A stretch of 40,454 nucleotides of DNA from Phoronis australis (GCA_002633005.1 NMRA01001038.1:3305-43758), one strand, 5' to 3'; positions 1-11,981 are shown, counted from the first letter of the stretch. Made by a program: numbers and translations. Notes: generated from the letters alone by a model not told the origin.

Positions 1-544
1 ATAGACAGAGGTCGTGTAACTCCGGAATTTAGTTTACAAAACAGCCACAGGCTTCGCATACCGGTAGTCAGCCATTACTATAATGTCAGAAACGAAAACA
101 GAACAGCTGTTCACCATGTTAGTGAGCTATTCAAACTCGTATTCCTGGATTATATAAGGTCTGTGTTTTATTAAAAATGTGATGTGACATGAGTTTGTTG
201 TTTGTTATTATTCTAATTGAGGTTTTAATTATTTCAAATGGGTCTTTGCCAGTGTTGCATGTAGTTGTACTGATCTGTTTACTTTCTGTAGAGGCTTAGC
301 CCTATTAGAGCACAATGACTAATAACTGTGTCCCCTGGAATCTATCTACACATGTTATAAACAGGATGCTACAGTGTTCACATAAACATCCCAGAGCCAA
401 ATAACCATTCCTTAATATGGCAACACTGTGAGGAATTTCTTATGATTTCCCTCAGTTCTTAACATTGCTTTCGTGAGTCACTTCGTTCAGTTGCACAACA
501 ACATAATTTCTGGTGATACCTACATCAAGCAGTCCATTGAAAAA

Positions 545-1058
545 ATGGCATCTACAACATTGGAATTTAAGGGCATTTCATCATGGAAAGACTATATTAC
601 TGAGTGGCCAAATGTTATGTATGGTGACATTTACAATTATTTGGTAGAATCAAAAGCAGNCTACAACATTGGAATTTAAGGGCATTTCATCATGGAAAGA
701 CTATATTCCTGAGTGGCCAAATGTTATGTATGGTGACGTTTACAATTATTTGGTAGAATCAAAAGCAGTTGATGGACCGTCGATGAAAAACTTTAAAAGC
801 CTAGAATCATTCAATTACTCCCAGAGTGGATGCGCTGATAAGATTTTACACCGTAATTTGGACAAGGACACCGTGGTTATCAAGTGAAATGTCAGACCAT
901 CTCAGAACATCAATAATGTGTGAAACTCAGTCTGCATAAAAGCATTGAATAGTGGTGAAATATTGTTTGGCACTTGCAAATGTATGGCCGGATTAGGAAA
1001 GACATGCAGTCACATTGGTGCTGACTTGTGAAAAATTGAACACTCTGTTAGAATGGGG
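545..1058 (+). pseudogene. 5' part of a SWIM zinc-finger (YqaJ-exonuclease-associated) transposon gene with in-frame stops
   Basis: WPNVMYGDVYNYLV...KNFKSLESFNYSQSG, then through stops VRPSQ...GEILFGTCKCMAGLGKTCSHIGADL*KIE. The SWIM CxC-x7-CxH motif is at 975-1013. Confidence 0.75.
552..768 (+). repeat. 108-bp direct duplication across the N at 660 (contig overlap)
   Basis: 552-659 and 661-768 differ at 2 substitutions and are separated by a single N. Confidence 0.9.
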
Positions 1059-1521
1059 TTTCCGAATTGTCCGCAGTATCAGGCAGTGTCTCACGGGTCT
1101 CAGATGCAACATGTTCGACCATGTGGGTGTTTTTAGATACGTGTGCATCATCATCTTCACCAGTAGTAGCTGATTTTGTGAGCTTCAAAACTTTCCTGCG
1201 ACCAGGTTTTACCTTTCTGGCATATCCCATGTTTAGCTGAAGCACTGGATTTCTTTCTGTTGGCTCACCATCCACAAAATGAATGGAACAAACAAAGACA
1301 TTTTTTGGTAATCTGTCTCTGTTAATGGACTTTTGCCACAGTAGTCTCAATTCACTGTTGTGTTTACCTGATGGCATTCTGTGTAACTTGTAAGGTTTTA
1401 AACATGGACAGTCTTTGTGCATTTGACCATGGTGTTCATCACAAATTTCTGTCTCCCAACGTTTCAATTTCACCCAGTTGTTGTGACAGCCTGTTACAGC
1501 ACAGTTACTACCACTGGGCAT
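1048..1521 (-). pseudogene. THAP zinc-finger N-terminus of a transposase, truncated
   Basis: MPSGSNCAVTGCHNN...LHRMP...WQKSINR...VCSIHFVDGEPTERNP: C2CH THAP signature (CxxxxC...P...W...CSxHF). Confidence 0.85.
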
Positions 1522-2901
1522 TTTAAACAATTTTTAGTGGAGGTGAAAGTTGAACAGCTCTATTTGTATACTTGTAAACACTTCTGAAAAGATTCAAACA
1601 AAAATTTCAAACCTCCTTGAAATATGGTATATTATCAGTTAGACGGTAATGTTTTATTTTTCTATATATCAGTCCAACAATTTTAACTTTATTATTGACA
1701 TTTATGTAATTGTATACATCTAGTAATTTACAAATATTTCTTCTGTCAAATGTATTGCATGAAAAAAATCAACATTTACCAGGAATATCAATGATTTCAA
1801 ATCTGCTGATCTGCTTCCAAATAAACAACACAAGCAGACACAGCAGCTGGGATGGTTTGCTTTACAGACAGACTACTCACTCCAGTGTTTATCTGACATG
1901 GCATTAATGGCGTGACCTCAATATGGCGCTCCCCAGGCATTCGGCAATTTCCGTAATGGAATCTATCTATTGTTGTTTAGGACACAGTGCCTCATGCAAA
2001 CACGGTTGTTCGCACATTATAAACATGCAGAACCATTTGTAGTTTGGAGTCAACACCTTGTTTGAAAATATAATGGCGAATTCAATTTGTGAATCAAAAG
2101 TTTTTGAGATTCTCGTCACCTGCGAATTTTCTGAATTAAACATTTTCGTTAAATTGTTTTATGGAGGATTACCTCCAGCTGATGTTCAGTATATTATGGT
2201 TTCTCAGACTTCTTTGTGGTAATTGTGAATATCGGACTCTTTGAAATGCCGTTTTATACAGCATTCGAAAACATTCTAATGAAAAGGCAGAACGCACGTC
2301 TGATCTGCCGGGTGAAAAAAATCAAAATTGAACACTTGTCAAGATGTCACATGTGCCTTCTTATTACGTGCACACAAATCAGACGGCAGATCTGTCTCGT
2401 ATGGTGAGAAGTATAGATTCCAATCACGTGATTTGTGGTTTGGCTCTGTTTGCCCCTGTGATTGGCATGTGATTGGCCAGAATGTTAACATTTTGCACAT
2501 TGATGCCATGCTAATTATCAGTGAGATTGGCGATGGAAAGCCTTTTTGAGCACTCAATTAAAGCGACTAATTTCCCATTTGATCAGCTGTCGCACCATAT
2601 GTGTTATCGTAAGAATACCACACCTGAACGCTGTATGTGTTCTTTTTCACACCGCGTTATTAATTATTCCTTATAAGATTGACTCAACACCAGTTCGTTT
2701 TCGAAAAAACGTGCAATGTTGAGAAAAGTGTCTTGTCAGTTAATTTGCAATCTCACATGTCTGATACCAGGTTGTGAACTGATTTGTATACAATATCATT
2801 AAAGCATGTTAATACAGCTCTTGGCACCAGACTCCATTCAGATGTCTTCACGTGTCTTCATCCTGAGTGACTGCTTATAATACTCTTTCATCTATTTGCA
2901 G

Positions 2902-2986
2902 GTGTATTATTCCTAACGGCCTGCTTAAGCGATTTCCCGACAACAATCTTCAACTCATGGTGCAGTCCGGGGCAAAAGGTTCAGCG
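2902..2986 (+). CDS. POLR1A: Internal exon of DNA-directed RNA polymerase I largest subunit (RPA1)
   Basis: Acceptor tctatttgcag| and donor |gtaggt. Encodes [28 protein letters not shown], matching the Pol I large-subunit motif [22 protein letters not shown]. No stops in the exon. No neighbouring exons recognised. Confidence 0.9.
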
Positions 2987-3586
2987 GTAGGTCACAACCT
3001 TAATCAACCATACCAACTTCATTGTAATGGGAAACAGGTTAGCATGTGGACTTGTTTTGTGAACGAGAGAAAGACGCAGTGTCAACTTGCTGTGTGAACA
3101 TGTTTTATATTCCCACCTGGCCCTAGTGGTTACAGGGGAGTCGGGGAATGTCATCTTTTCAAGAGGATGTTTTACTTCTTTTTTAAAGGTATTTTGAACT
3201 TTCTCAGCTTATTTCTACAAAATGTTATTAAGGTTATTATGGGCTGTAGGAAAACATCCAAATGAGGCTAACTCTAGAATATCGTACCTCAGTAATGGCT
3301 GATCAGATTCATATGAAATTTTCCTATACTGTTTTCCGCAATGTTCTCCAAAAGGGTTTAATTTTAAAACTGGTGTATGAGCCATTGCAACCCTTAGGTG
3401 GTGGATGTGCAGATAATGGTAATTTAAAAAAATATGTTCGTAACCAGTTAAGAGCATAATTGCAATAGTCAAGACAAACATATTCAATCACACTCATATC
3501 AGTCAGCTGGTTCAGAACTGCTATAGGGGATCATTATCTCTTATCTGATTTTGTATACCTTACCCTATTGTGCCTGCATTGACTTN

Positions 3587-3677
3587 CTCCAGTGTTTATC
3601 TGACATGGCATTAATGGCGTGACCTCAATATGGCGCTCCCCAGGCATTCGGCAATTTCCGTACTGGAATCTGTCTAT
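3587..3677. repeat. Second copy of the right end of the 1-1970 element, directly after the N at 3586
   Basis: Matches 1880-1970 with 2 substitutions and ends in TCTGTCTAT. Confidence 0.9.
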
Positions 3678-3914
3678 TGAAAAATTTATTCGATCATCAA
3701 AGTGTAACATTAACGGGCTTTCTACTGACGAAAAAGACAATCGATGCAGTCACTGAATGTCATTTACCCATAATGTGTACCAAATTGAAAAGTTTTTACC
3801 ATTAGTATAAAGCCTTTCTTCTGAAAGGAAAAGTTAATGTCACTCAGTGAGAAAGGACAGGTATTTATACCAGATGCTTTTGGTTTTCATTTCACAGAGT
3901 TTCAATAGCCTATA

Positions 3915-5012
3915 GAAGCGCTTGTAAAAAGGTCCAGTTTCGGCACGTGGCTTTCCTCTAGGTAACCTCATTCAGCCTCAATTAGATCCTTGAAGGTAAA
4001 CACAACAGCATATCCCTTGACTCGCTTTGTGCCCAAAATCTGACCCTGAACTAGACCAGAGTGTCACTACGTCTTCTTTAGCTTCAATCCAGCATGTTTC
4101 TTCCAGGAAAGGAAATAAGCTATTGTCCACACATGACTTATTGCCTACAAAAGAGCATCCTCACCAACGAGGCTGACTTGTGTAGCAGTTACATAGAGTT
4201 CCTCTTCATACACAAATAACACGTTGTCTTGTGGTAACTTCGTACTGCAATTCACATTTCATCAGGGCCACTGACATGTACATTGTGCGGTAGCACTAAT
4301 GGTGTGTGGAAATGCTGTGGGAACAGAAACGAGTAACAAAGCTTGTTCGTTGTATCCGATGAAGAAACAAGACTTTAAAAACAGATCTACACTGGATGGG
4401 AAGATTTTGCTGGTTAGCTGCAGTCAACTGCTTAAAACCAATTTTTGTCCATTCAGGGTCGATGCAGAAGCGATGCATATCTCCTCTGCACGGTACAAGA
4501 CCTCAAACCTAAAAACCAAAGGTCACGTGAAAGCAGACATGATAGATTTTCATTTCAACGTGTAATAAATTTCCGGAGAAGTCATAGGATAAGGAGTAAA
4601 CAAATAGTCTAATGGAGATTTACGTACCCTTTGCCATGGCATTGGGCTTGGATTGTAATCTCACTAACCAATATCGAGTTAAACATTCAGCACTCATTGA
4701 TGTAACTGTCACTGATAAACCTGTTAGAAATTATTCCAAACAATAATACTGCTTTGATGTACTAAAACATCCCGAGGGCTACGTCAAGTATCGTAACATG
4801 CATCACAACAAACAAAGATTAACCCGACTGGCGACTGTCGCGAAGTCGACATCGGTGAGTATCTCAGTTAACAGGTATCAGTTGAATAAACATGGAATGA
4901 TCGTTAAAATAATCACAAACCTTACCTTTGTATAAGATCGTGCTTACTTTCTCTCATAGAAGCACCCTTTTCAGGCAATTTCAGATTCAGTTGGCACGCG
5001 CCTACAAGCCAT
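3915..5012 (-). pseudogene. Highly decayed SAP-(SWIM)-YqaJ exonuclease gene of an ISL2EU-like element
   Basis: Exon 5012-4926 reads CQLNLKLPEKGASMRESKHDLIQR (SAP-like) and is followed by a GTAAG donor. About 4070-3980 reads LVQGQILGTKRVKGYAVVFTFKDLIE, resembling the YqaJ C-terminal QVQGQ...CDFVV motif. Confidence 0.55.
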
Positions 5013-6119
5013 TTTACCATGTACTTAAAGGGCTCACGAAATCGAGGCTATTAATCTATCACCACTAGTACACGCGCGCCTTCTAGTTAATGTAAATTTT
5101 CCGAATAGCACCATTGAAAACTACTGCAGGAACCCAGACGAAGGAAAGCAGCTTGGTGTTACACAACTGATCCTTCAGTGGGATGGGAGTTTTGTCCAGT
5201 ACCATTCCGTTCCGGTGAGTGAATAATGCGTAATCGATAATGAAGTTTTGTTTGTCCAGAAAACGGCACTGTATTCTCTAACCAGAGGTGAACAGTCCAG
5301 TTTTATAGCAAAGGCGGTCGATAGTTGGATTTTAATTGATAGACTGTCCATCAACGTTGCTCCTGAAGAAAGCGGTAGCTTCAACTTAGAATCTGAACAT
5401 GAAAAAATAGTCAATTTAGATACAACGTTTCGCACTTTTAACAAAACGCAGCATCAATTGTCCACCAACGTGCTTACGATCGTCATAGCTACGACAGGAC
5501 TTTGGATGTGTCCTAACTTTTTGCACTTAAGTTTTAAAGCCCGGTGACAACCCAGTGGAGTTGATAAGTAAATATTCGCTACTTTCATTAATTGCAATGC
5601 CGAAATTAATTAAAAAGCAAAGCTTTCTCAAACCTATTTGACGTGCTGACGTTGTAAAATGATTTCAAAAACCTATTTCCACCAAGCTTAAGCCTATTCA
5701 CATTGACACAAAGTTTCGGTAAGTCATTTCTTCTGACATTTTCAGGATTTACTGAGTGCCAGGATGAGAACGGAAAGAGCCATTCCCAGGTTCAAATCCC
5801 ACCGTGGTCCATGAAAATGATGCCAATTAATAATCTTCAAGAGGGTTCCAGTCACCTAAGCTTATATCTCTTAAAACGCTGTAAGCCTGCAACACCTGAA
5901 GATAGCCGGATGCATGACCAATAGAAACGTGGTGCCATTCTAAATTGGTCAGTATTTGTGTAAATAGATCAACAGGTTTTATCAATAAAAACATTTGCGA
6001 TGTTTTATAGGCCATCAAGATTCTAAGAAAGATTGTCAGGCACCCTCCGTGACAGCCTCTTACAGCGCAACGGAATATTTGAGCCCTGATCATGTTAGAA
6101 GTTACTCACGTGTGGATGA

Positions 6120-6480
6120 GCACTTTGTGTCTGTAAACGGCACCAAGAACTTTCAAATGATAGACTTTGAATATGTCCGAAGCATGGTCCATTGTTTGAA
6201 TCATTGTAAAAGAAATCCTTACTGCTCAGCTGTTACGTTCTCAGAATGCCAATATGTGTATCACTTATCTTTTCATAGAGTAGAAGTCGGCAGTTGAGGA
6301 ATCACTCATGACTCCATGTGTTACAAGTGAATCACTTGATCACACTAGCTTCCTTCGCAAGATTCTTGCGCCAGCGGAACTCGGTCAAAGTGTTGTAAAT
6401 AAACTTCAAGAAGTAAGACACTCGCCTCACAGCCTCTAGAGACAAAATTTCCAGTTCATTGTGACGTAGATGTGAACTAT
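6120..6480 (+). pseudogene. Decayed fragment resembling a PAN/apple domain
   Basis: VRSMVHCLNHCKRNPYCSAVTF has the CxxxC-x4-C spacing. Downstream FPVHCDV resembles a fibrinogen-like VYCDM motif. The frame is interrupted. Confidence 0.35.
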
Positions 6481-7024
6481 GAGCTGATATAATTCGGATT
6501 CGAAGCCCGTAGCTTGTCGTGTGCGCTTGCCGCTCGATTTGAACACATCAATAATCAGATGCTTATTCTTCTTTCTGGGGAATACTGTCGTCAAATTTAA
6601 TAAGCATTCTATAAAATTATATCACGTTCGTGATTCCTTTCAAAGCTTGTTTCAATGGGGTGCAGTTAATTTCTATTTCTTGAGAGATTAGTTGTGTGTT
6701 GACAGTCTGTATCGTTTTTGTGTCGTGTTGTATTGTTTCGTACTGCATCCTGTTCAGGCATTTTAAAATCAATAGAATTCAAAGAAATGCATTTTAAAAA
6801 CATGATGACACCCACGTAATCCACTAAAATAGTAAAAAACAAACCGATGAAAATGGAAATGGAGTCTTTGTGTCATATTATAGATAGAAGTCAATATTGC
6901 TATGTCAGAATATAGACTGACAATGTTTTTAGTTGTATTGTTTTGTTTTGTTGTTTTGTTTGATTGGCATGACCCCTGAGTTAAGTACAATGATGATGTA
7001 ATTTGTTTACTACAGAATAGTATG

Positions 7025-7244
7025 GAACGTTCTAGTAGACTGAGTTCAGTAGTGATGATGTAATTTGTTTACTGCAGTATAGAGTGGAACTTTCTAGAAG
7101 ACTCTAACATGACAGTGATTAATGCAGTCTGGAATACTCTAGAGACTAGCACATGTTTGTAGAATGATTGGGTAGATTCAGGAAAGTTCTAGAATGTGCT
7201 TGAAATGATGAAAAGTTCCAGAACAATGCATCAGGCTATAAATA
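7025..7244 (+). promoter_or_regulatory. Heat-shock element (HSE) array plus TATA box in the putative LTR U3
   Basis: TTCagGAAagTTCtaGAA 7177-7194 (4 perfect alternating units), GAActTTCtaGAA 7087-7099, GAAcgTTC 7025-7032, TTCcaGAA 7216-7223, TATA at 7237. Confidence 0.75.
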
Positions 7245-7342
7245 CACAAGCACGGGTTTGTGTTAGTCAGATCAAGTCTGTTCAAGAAAGTTAATCAGGA
7301 GAATTACAGTTGAGTTGCAGAGAATCAGTAGTTACAGCGATA

Positions 7343-7520
7343 TTTTTTTTAATATTTATTACGAAATCTTCAGAATACAATGAATATACATAACCCAGAA
7401 AGCGCCAAGAGGCATTAGATCTGGGTAAAAAAAAACACAAAGAAGTCTACATACAATGATTATATACGAATACATAAATAAAAAACTGGTGTTAAGAATA
7501 CCATGATAGTCAATAGAGAG
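7343..7520 (-). mobile_element. 5'-truncated non-LTR retrotransposon 3' tail inserted antisense into the LTR
   Basis: T8 run 7343-7350, TTTATT (AATAAA on -) 7355-7360, stem ACCCAGA 7393-7399 / TCTGGGT 7420-7426. The 5' boundary is approximate. Confidence 0.45.
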
Positions 7521-8340
7521 CCAGCTATAGAGACAGCAGGTTATTGAATCGACAAGTGTAACAGTTGCTGAACGTGTCTCAGAAGTTCATCACAAGTCAA
7601 GGCTTCGCAACACTGACTGGAGCATAAACAGGCATTGCGTCGGACGTTTTCTTGGAGTAGGCTTGTGAACGTACGGTCGGGATTAATAAAGGATTAACTC
7701 GAACCAGTCTTCAGTCAGTCGTCGCACCGAAAGCTATTAGCACCGGTCTGTAACAACCTGCGCCCACCCACACACGGGGAAAACGTGACATGCTGAAATG
7801 AGGAGCAACTGCTTGAATACTTATCCCTTTCTCGATTTCCCAGGCTAGTGATTGTTTGGATTGATGCGTTTTGTTCCTGGCTCTTGTTGAACTCAAAATT
7901 AATAATAAAAACATTCCACGGCAGTTTCATACTAACTCAACTCTGTTATGAGAGGATCGTCGACGTAACCTGCGAAGTAAACAAGAGACATTATACTCTT
8001 TCGTGGACCTCAAGATTTATCTTATAAGTTAAACTACTCAGTCGGCGAATATGCCAATGTGTATGATCATGTGATTCAGCATTATACAATGACCTGTTTT
8101 TTAGGAATAGGCAGATGTGTGGTCTTGTCGCTCGCAAGTCACAGTAAATTGAATAAAGTCTTAGCCAAATAAGTATGAGCATACCACCGTCTAGAAATAA
8201 TTGATAGAAATCAGATCAGTTACTACCGGTTATGTGTATATTCTCAGAGACTTTGTATTTTTGCCGAAGTGAGATTTTTTTCAGACATAGTTATGTGGAA
8301 CGAAAGACGACAGGTCCTCTCTACTGTCTCTGGGTTAGAT

Positions 8341-8613
8341 TTAAAAGTCGGCGTGTAATCGGTGAAACGCCTGTCCGACGAGGACCCGACGGACGTCGTA
8401 GGCAATTAACAAAAAACGGGCGAAAGAAACGAGGTGGGAGGCCAAGGCGTGGGGTGAGATGGTGGTGGAGTGGAGGCCATTCCCTCCGATCTGGAGAAAA
8501 ACGAGGTCAGGAGAGGAACGGGGAAGGGAACGGGTGGCCGGTTGGATGGACTTAGGGCCGGGGAGAAGGGTACCGCCCGATATGCCCAGGGACGAAATCT
8601 TATCTATTTCCAC
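8341..8613 (-). pseudogene. SGNH/GDSL hydrolase-like fragment, type carried by DIRS/Ngaro tyrosine-recombinase retrotransposons
   Basis: LGISGG (block II) and PDLVFLQIGGNG (degenerate block III GxND), then SPHALA...VRRVLVGQ. Blocks I and V are missing. It lies in a strongly purine-skewed stretch (8340-8900). Confidence 0.6.
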
Positions 8614-10220
8614 TCATGAATAGTTGACGTTCGACGGATTTATTGGAGGTAGAGGGATCCCTTAACATGANAGGTAGCGGGCCTGGGGAGCGTCGGACAC
8701 GAAGTTGTGCAGCCAACGAACGTAGGAACTGCCAAGGATGAGAACATTGGGCGACATGGGGTATAACGTGAATAAAAAGGTTGGTTAAAATCAGAAAAAC
8801 GGGACTTACCTCGAAAAGGACGAAGGAAAGCAGGAACGAGAAGTGACAGAGCGTCGCACCCGAACGGAGTAAGGGTCAAAGGTCGAAAGGAAACGAAAAA
8901 CGTTGAAACTTTTTAAATGATGAATTGGAAATACAAAGAAAATAGTCAAGCGGGATAAACCTCTTTAAGTTTAAAAATTACAATTTCAGCAGCTATATAT
9001 TAAACTATGATGAATTCTATTTGTCGGATTGGCAAATATTTTGAAACACAACTTATAATTAAAATGTAATGAAAAGTTTCACTTTTTGTGTACGAGTCAC
9101 GTATGTAACTGTACTTCGACCCTGCACGTGCCAAGTAACTACCTTTAGTTTGCCTACTGAGCCAAACAACCAGTGTCTCTTGAACTGCGGAAAATGTCGA
9201 ACACTTTCTTCGTTCCGCGCCCTCTGGCGAAGAAGTAGTTTTATTTTGTTCTTCAACACTGCTGTCACATAAGAAGGCACAGAACAGTTCTCACAGGGGT
9301 TTGCCTGTCAGAAAACACGTCAATGCACTCTTCACCCTTTCTTCACTTTGTCAAAAACTACATGCAAATAAGGAAATGTTTTGAGTCATTTCACATCACA
9401 AGCCCTACAGATGAGCAGATGAAACTTTATTCTCTCTTGTATTTTTGACCCATTCACTCCCAGTGGAAACCAAGCTGAACTAAGAAAAATGAGGGCAAAA
9501 AAATGCAAAATCGGCACTTTTCACCCAAAAATCACCATTTTCCTGCCGATGCTCGACTAAAGCCAACATTAGATTCCGAAAGCAAATTTCCTACCGATTC
9601 CAAAAATGTGGTCCAAAAGTACTGTCAACCAACTAGTTTTTTTGCAAATCTGGCTTGTTTGAGGGCTACCTGAAATCGCGGCCAATTTATCAGTTGCTAC
9701 ACAGCAATGCACAACTGCAACAGGGGGCCACCATCTTGAAGAAGAGTGCAGCTACAGCCGAGAAACTGGCCTTTTTTCATTCCCAGCATGTTCACAAATA
9801 CAAAAAAAAACATTCACTTGGCCTACACACAATACCTAACTGAAAAATGCCCCCAAGCCTGGCCTAGCCCTAGATTTTAACATTTTAACAAATTGGCCGC
9901 GGCCACAACCTAACTATTCAGTGCCACCTAACACACGACAGCGCTGAACATGAGGCTTGCATTTAAAGTGTAATTTGCAAGGTCCAAGTATGTTAAATTG
10001 CAATAATATCTTCAAGGTTTTGCTGTTTAGATTTATTTTATTCAAATCATCGTATTGTTGTATCTCTAGTTATTTTAAAAAAGCGAAAATAAGAAAATGA
10101 GCGACACCGTGACATGGTGTTGGGGAACACAAACCAGATCATATCTCACAATGCAGTTCACTGCTTTTATATCACAGTACACGAAGAACAACGACCGTTC
10201 AACCTTGGTGTGTTTTAGCC

Positions 10221-10466
10221 ATGGTGCATCTGTGTATGTGTCCAAACTATTTTAACACCACCCAGGTGGAAGGCATGAGCCCATTTAAATTCTAAAAAGA
10301 CAAGCATCTGGCTGCGTAATGGCAGGTTTTCGTGTGCACCGCTCGTCTTTTGAAAATGACTGTCGAGTCAGCCATCTGTCGGAGCCGAAATATGCTCCGA
10401 CCATTTTGAGGACGGCTGCTTTGACGACAAACACATCATGAAAGTTGAAGCTGGTCTTATAAAAAG
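10221..10466 (+). pseudogene. Decayed THAP-domain first exon
   Basis: MVHLCMCPNYFN...FKF*KDKHLAA*WQVFV..., then after a frameshift ICSDHFEDGCFD. Ends at a GTAAGT donor (10467). Confidence 0.7.
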
Positions 10467-11284
10467 GTAAGTTACCTTGAGAATTTTGATGTCTAATATT
10501 TCATGACGCTTTCGCAGTGCCTGAACAATAACAATCTTTTTTCACAATCACCGTAGTTCTCAAGTGTTTAAAATCTGTTGTTTTTCAGTGAAAGATTTAG
10601 TTATAAATGGATCAGTAAAACTAAAAACCACAACAAATAAAGCTGATCTCAAAAGATGCATGTATTTTGAAAAGAATGCAGACTATAAATAAAGTAAAAC
10701 ACGATGGTAACTCAATTCCAAGATTTTGATTATTAAGGTTGTCTGCTTAAAAAAACAGGATTAAAATCTAGTTTTGGCATTTGCTTGAAGGTTATAAAAG
10801 AAGGCGAAAACTTGTAATTAGATATCATCGTGTTTTACTTTAATCATGGACAACTCTGGATTCAAAATGTTTTTTTACTTTTGAATTGCCGCTGTTGTGC
10901 TTTTCAGAGTATGTAAATGAAAGGAGAACACCTTCCACTTAGTGCGGAACAAAAGAGAAGCTGGAGATCTTGAAATTCGCTTAGAAATTGGTGCCCCTCC
11001 AATGCAAACTACTGGTGCTCCAGATGTGTCCACGGAGGATGCCGTGGCACAGATAAATTCAGACTTGGTGCTTTGTCAATAGACAGCACTGGAATTTCTT
11101 TCCGTCACATATTTAACAGTCACTACCAATGTTTTAGATCAAATTTTTGATAGTGGTACAGATAGCAATGCCAGAGTGTTTATAGTACCAGTAGTGGAAA
11201 TTGTGAAAAGCTTTTATGAATGACATTTGGCTGTCCCAGTTGTATAGATAAACCCTGTGATATACTATGTTCTTATATTGAAAC

Positions 11285-11432
11285 TAGTGGCAGATTTAGA
11301 GGGGGCCATGCCCCCCCCTAAAATTCTCCCAGATTCCATTTGACTGTTTGGGTGTGCGAATGTCTGACGGGCAAAATCCTGGCTAATACCGTGCCCTGGC
11401 CCCCCTAAATCAAAATCCTGGATCTGCACCTG
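11285..11432. mobile_element. Small hAT-like MITE (AGTGGCAGAT...GGATCTGCACCTG) with G/C runs
   Basis: Imperfect inverted ends and GAAAC on both sides. A similar right end (AAAATCCTGGATCCGCCCCTG) occurs at ~29755-29775. Confidence 0.5.
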
Positions 11433-11841
11433 GAAACATTTCAATGGTTCTTCAACACAATGACTATAAATATTGCGGCATAGCTTTTTTAAGTATATTT
11501 GATTTGCACTAAACTGTTGCTGTCCTATACAGTGGGTCGGTATAGGAAGAATTTCTTAAGTGGGGGTGAAAAGGTACTTGTTTGGGTTGTCAGTCTTTTC
11601 GTGCGACAATCTCATCTAAATTGTACACAGAATAATCACTTGCACAGAATTCGAACATTGTCTTGGGAATTTTTGAGCGAGTGGTATAAGCACCCCCTCC
11701 AGATTTCCCAATTCCTACTCATGTGCATACTTTTTGTGTTTTCACACCAGGTCATAAACACCTAAAGCTATTGCATACTGGAGCTTATGGGTTGAGATTC
11801 AGTGGTTGCTGTATCGTGTTATTTGATTTCTCATTGAATTA

Positions 11842-11981
11842 CAGTAGAACTCGCTAAGTTGGATCCAGGGAGACTGAGATATTTCATCAAAATTAGAATT
11901 ATTTGGAGGCGTTACTGCGGAATTAATGCTAACCTTTCTAAAGTTCCCACTGAACCGCTACTAATTTAGAGAGTTCTACTG
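11842..11981. mobile_element. Tc1/mariner (pogo/Tigger-like) MITE, 140 bp
   Basis: TA|CAGTAGAACTCGCTAA ... TTAGAGAGTTCTACTG|TA: 15/16-bp TIR with TA target duplication. Confidence 0.8.

Larger units (their letters stand above)
1..1970. mobile_element. Internally deleted ISL2EU/Harbinger-like (PHIS) DNA transposon with convergent SWIM-gene and THAP-gene remnants
   Basis: Window starts ATAGACAGA. Its reverse complement occurs with one mismatch at 1962-1970 (TCTATCTAT) and perfectly at 3669-3677 (TCTGTCTAT). Between the ends lie a + strand SWIM reading frame and a - strand THAP ORF meeting at ~1050. No DDE or YqaJ core remains. Confidence 0.65.
6991..7790 (+). mobile_element. Solo LTR-like sequence (Gypsy/BEL type)
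   Basis: TG start, ~62-bp tandem duplication at the 5' end, TATAAATA 7237-7244, initiator-like TTAGTC 7263-7268, AATAAA 7685-7690, ends ...GTGACA at 7790. No target-site duplication found. Confidence 0.6.

Noticed and set aside
552-768. Biological tandem duplication in the SWIM gene
   Set aside because: The junction is exactly an N, which points to contig overlap.
8232-8555. Arg/Gly-rich 107-aa ORF as a protamine- or capsid-like protein
   Set aside because: It is the antisense shadow of the SGNH fragment in purine-skewed sequence.
9444-9470. piggyBac-like left end (TTGA|CCCATTCACTCCC)
   Set aside because: The TTAA is imperfect and no convincing matching right end was found.
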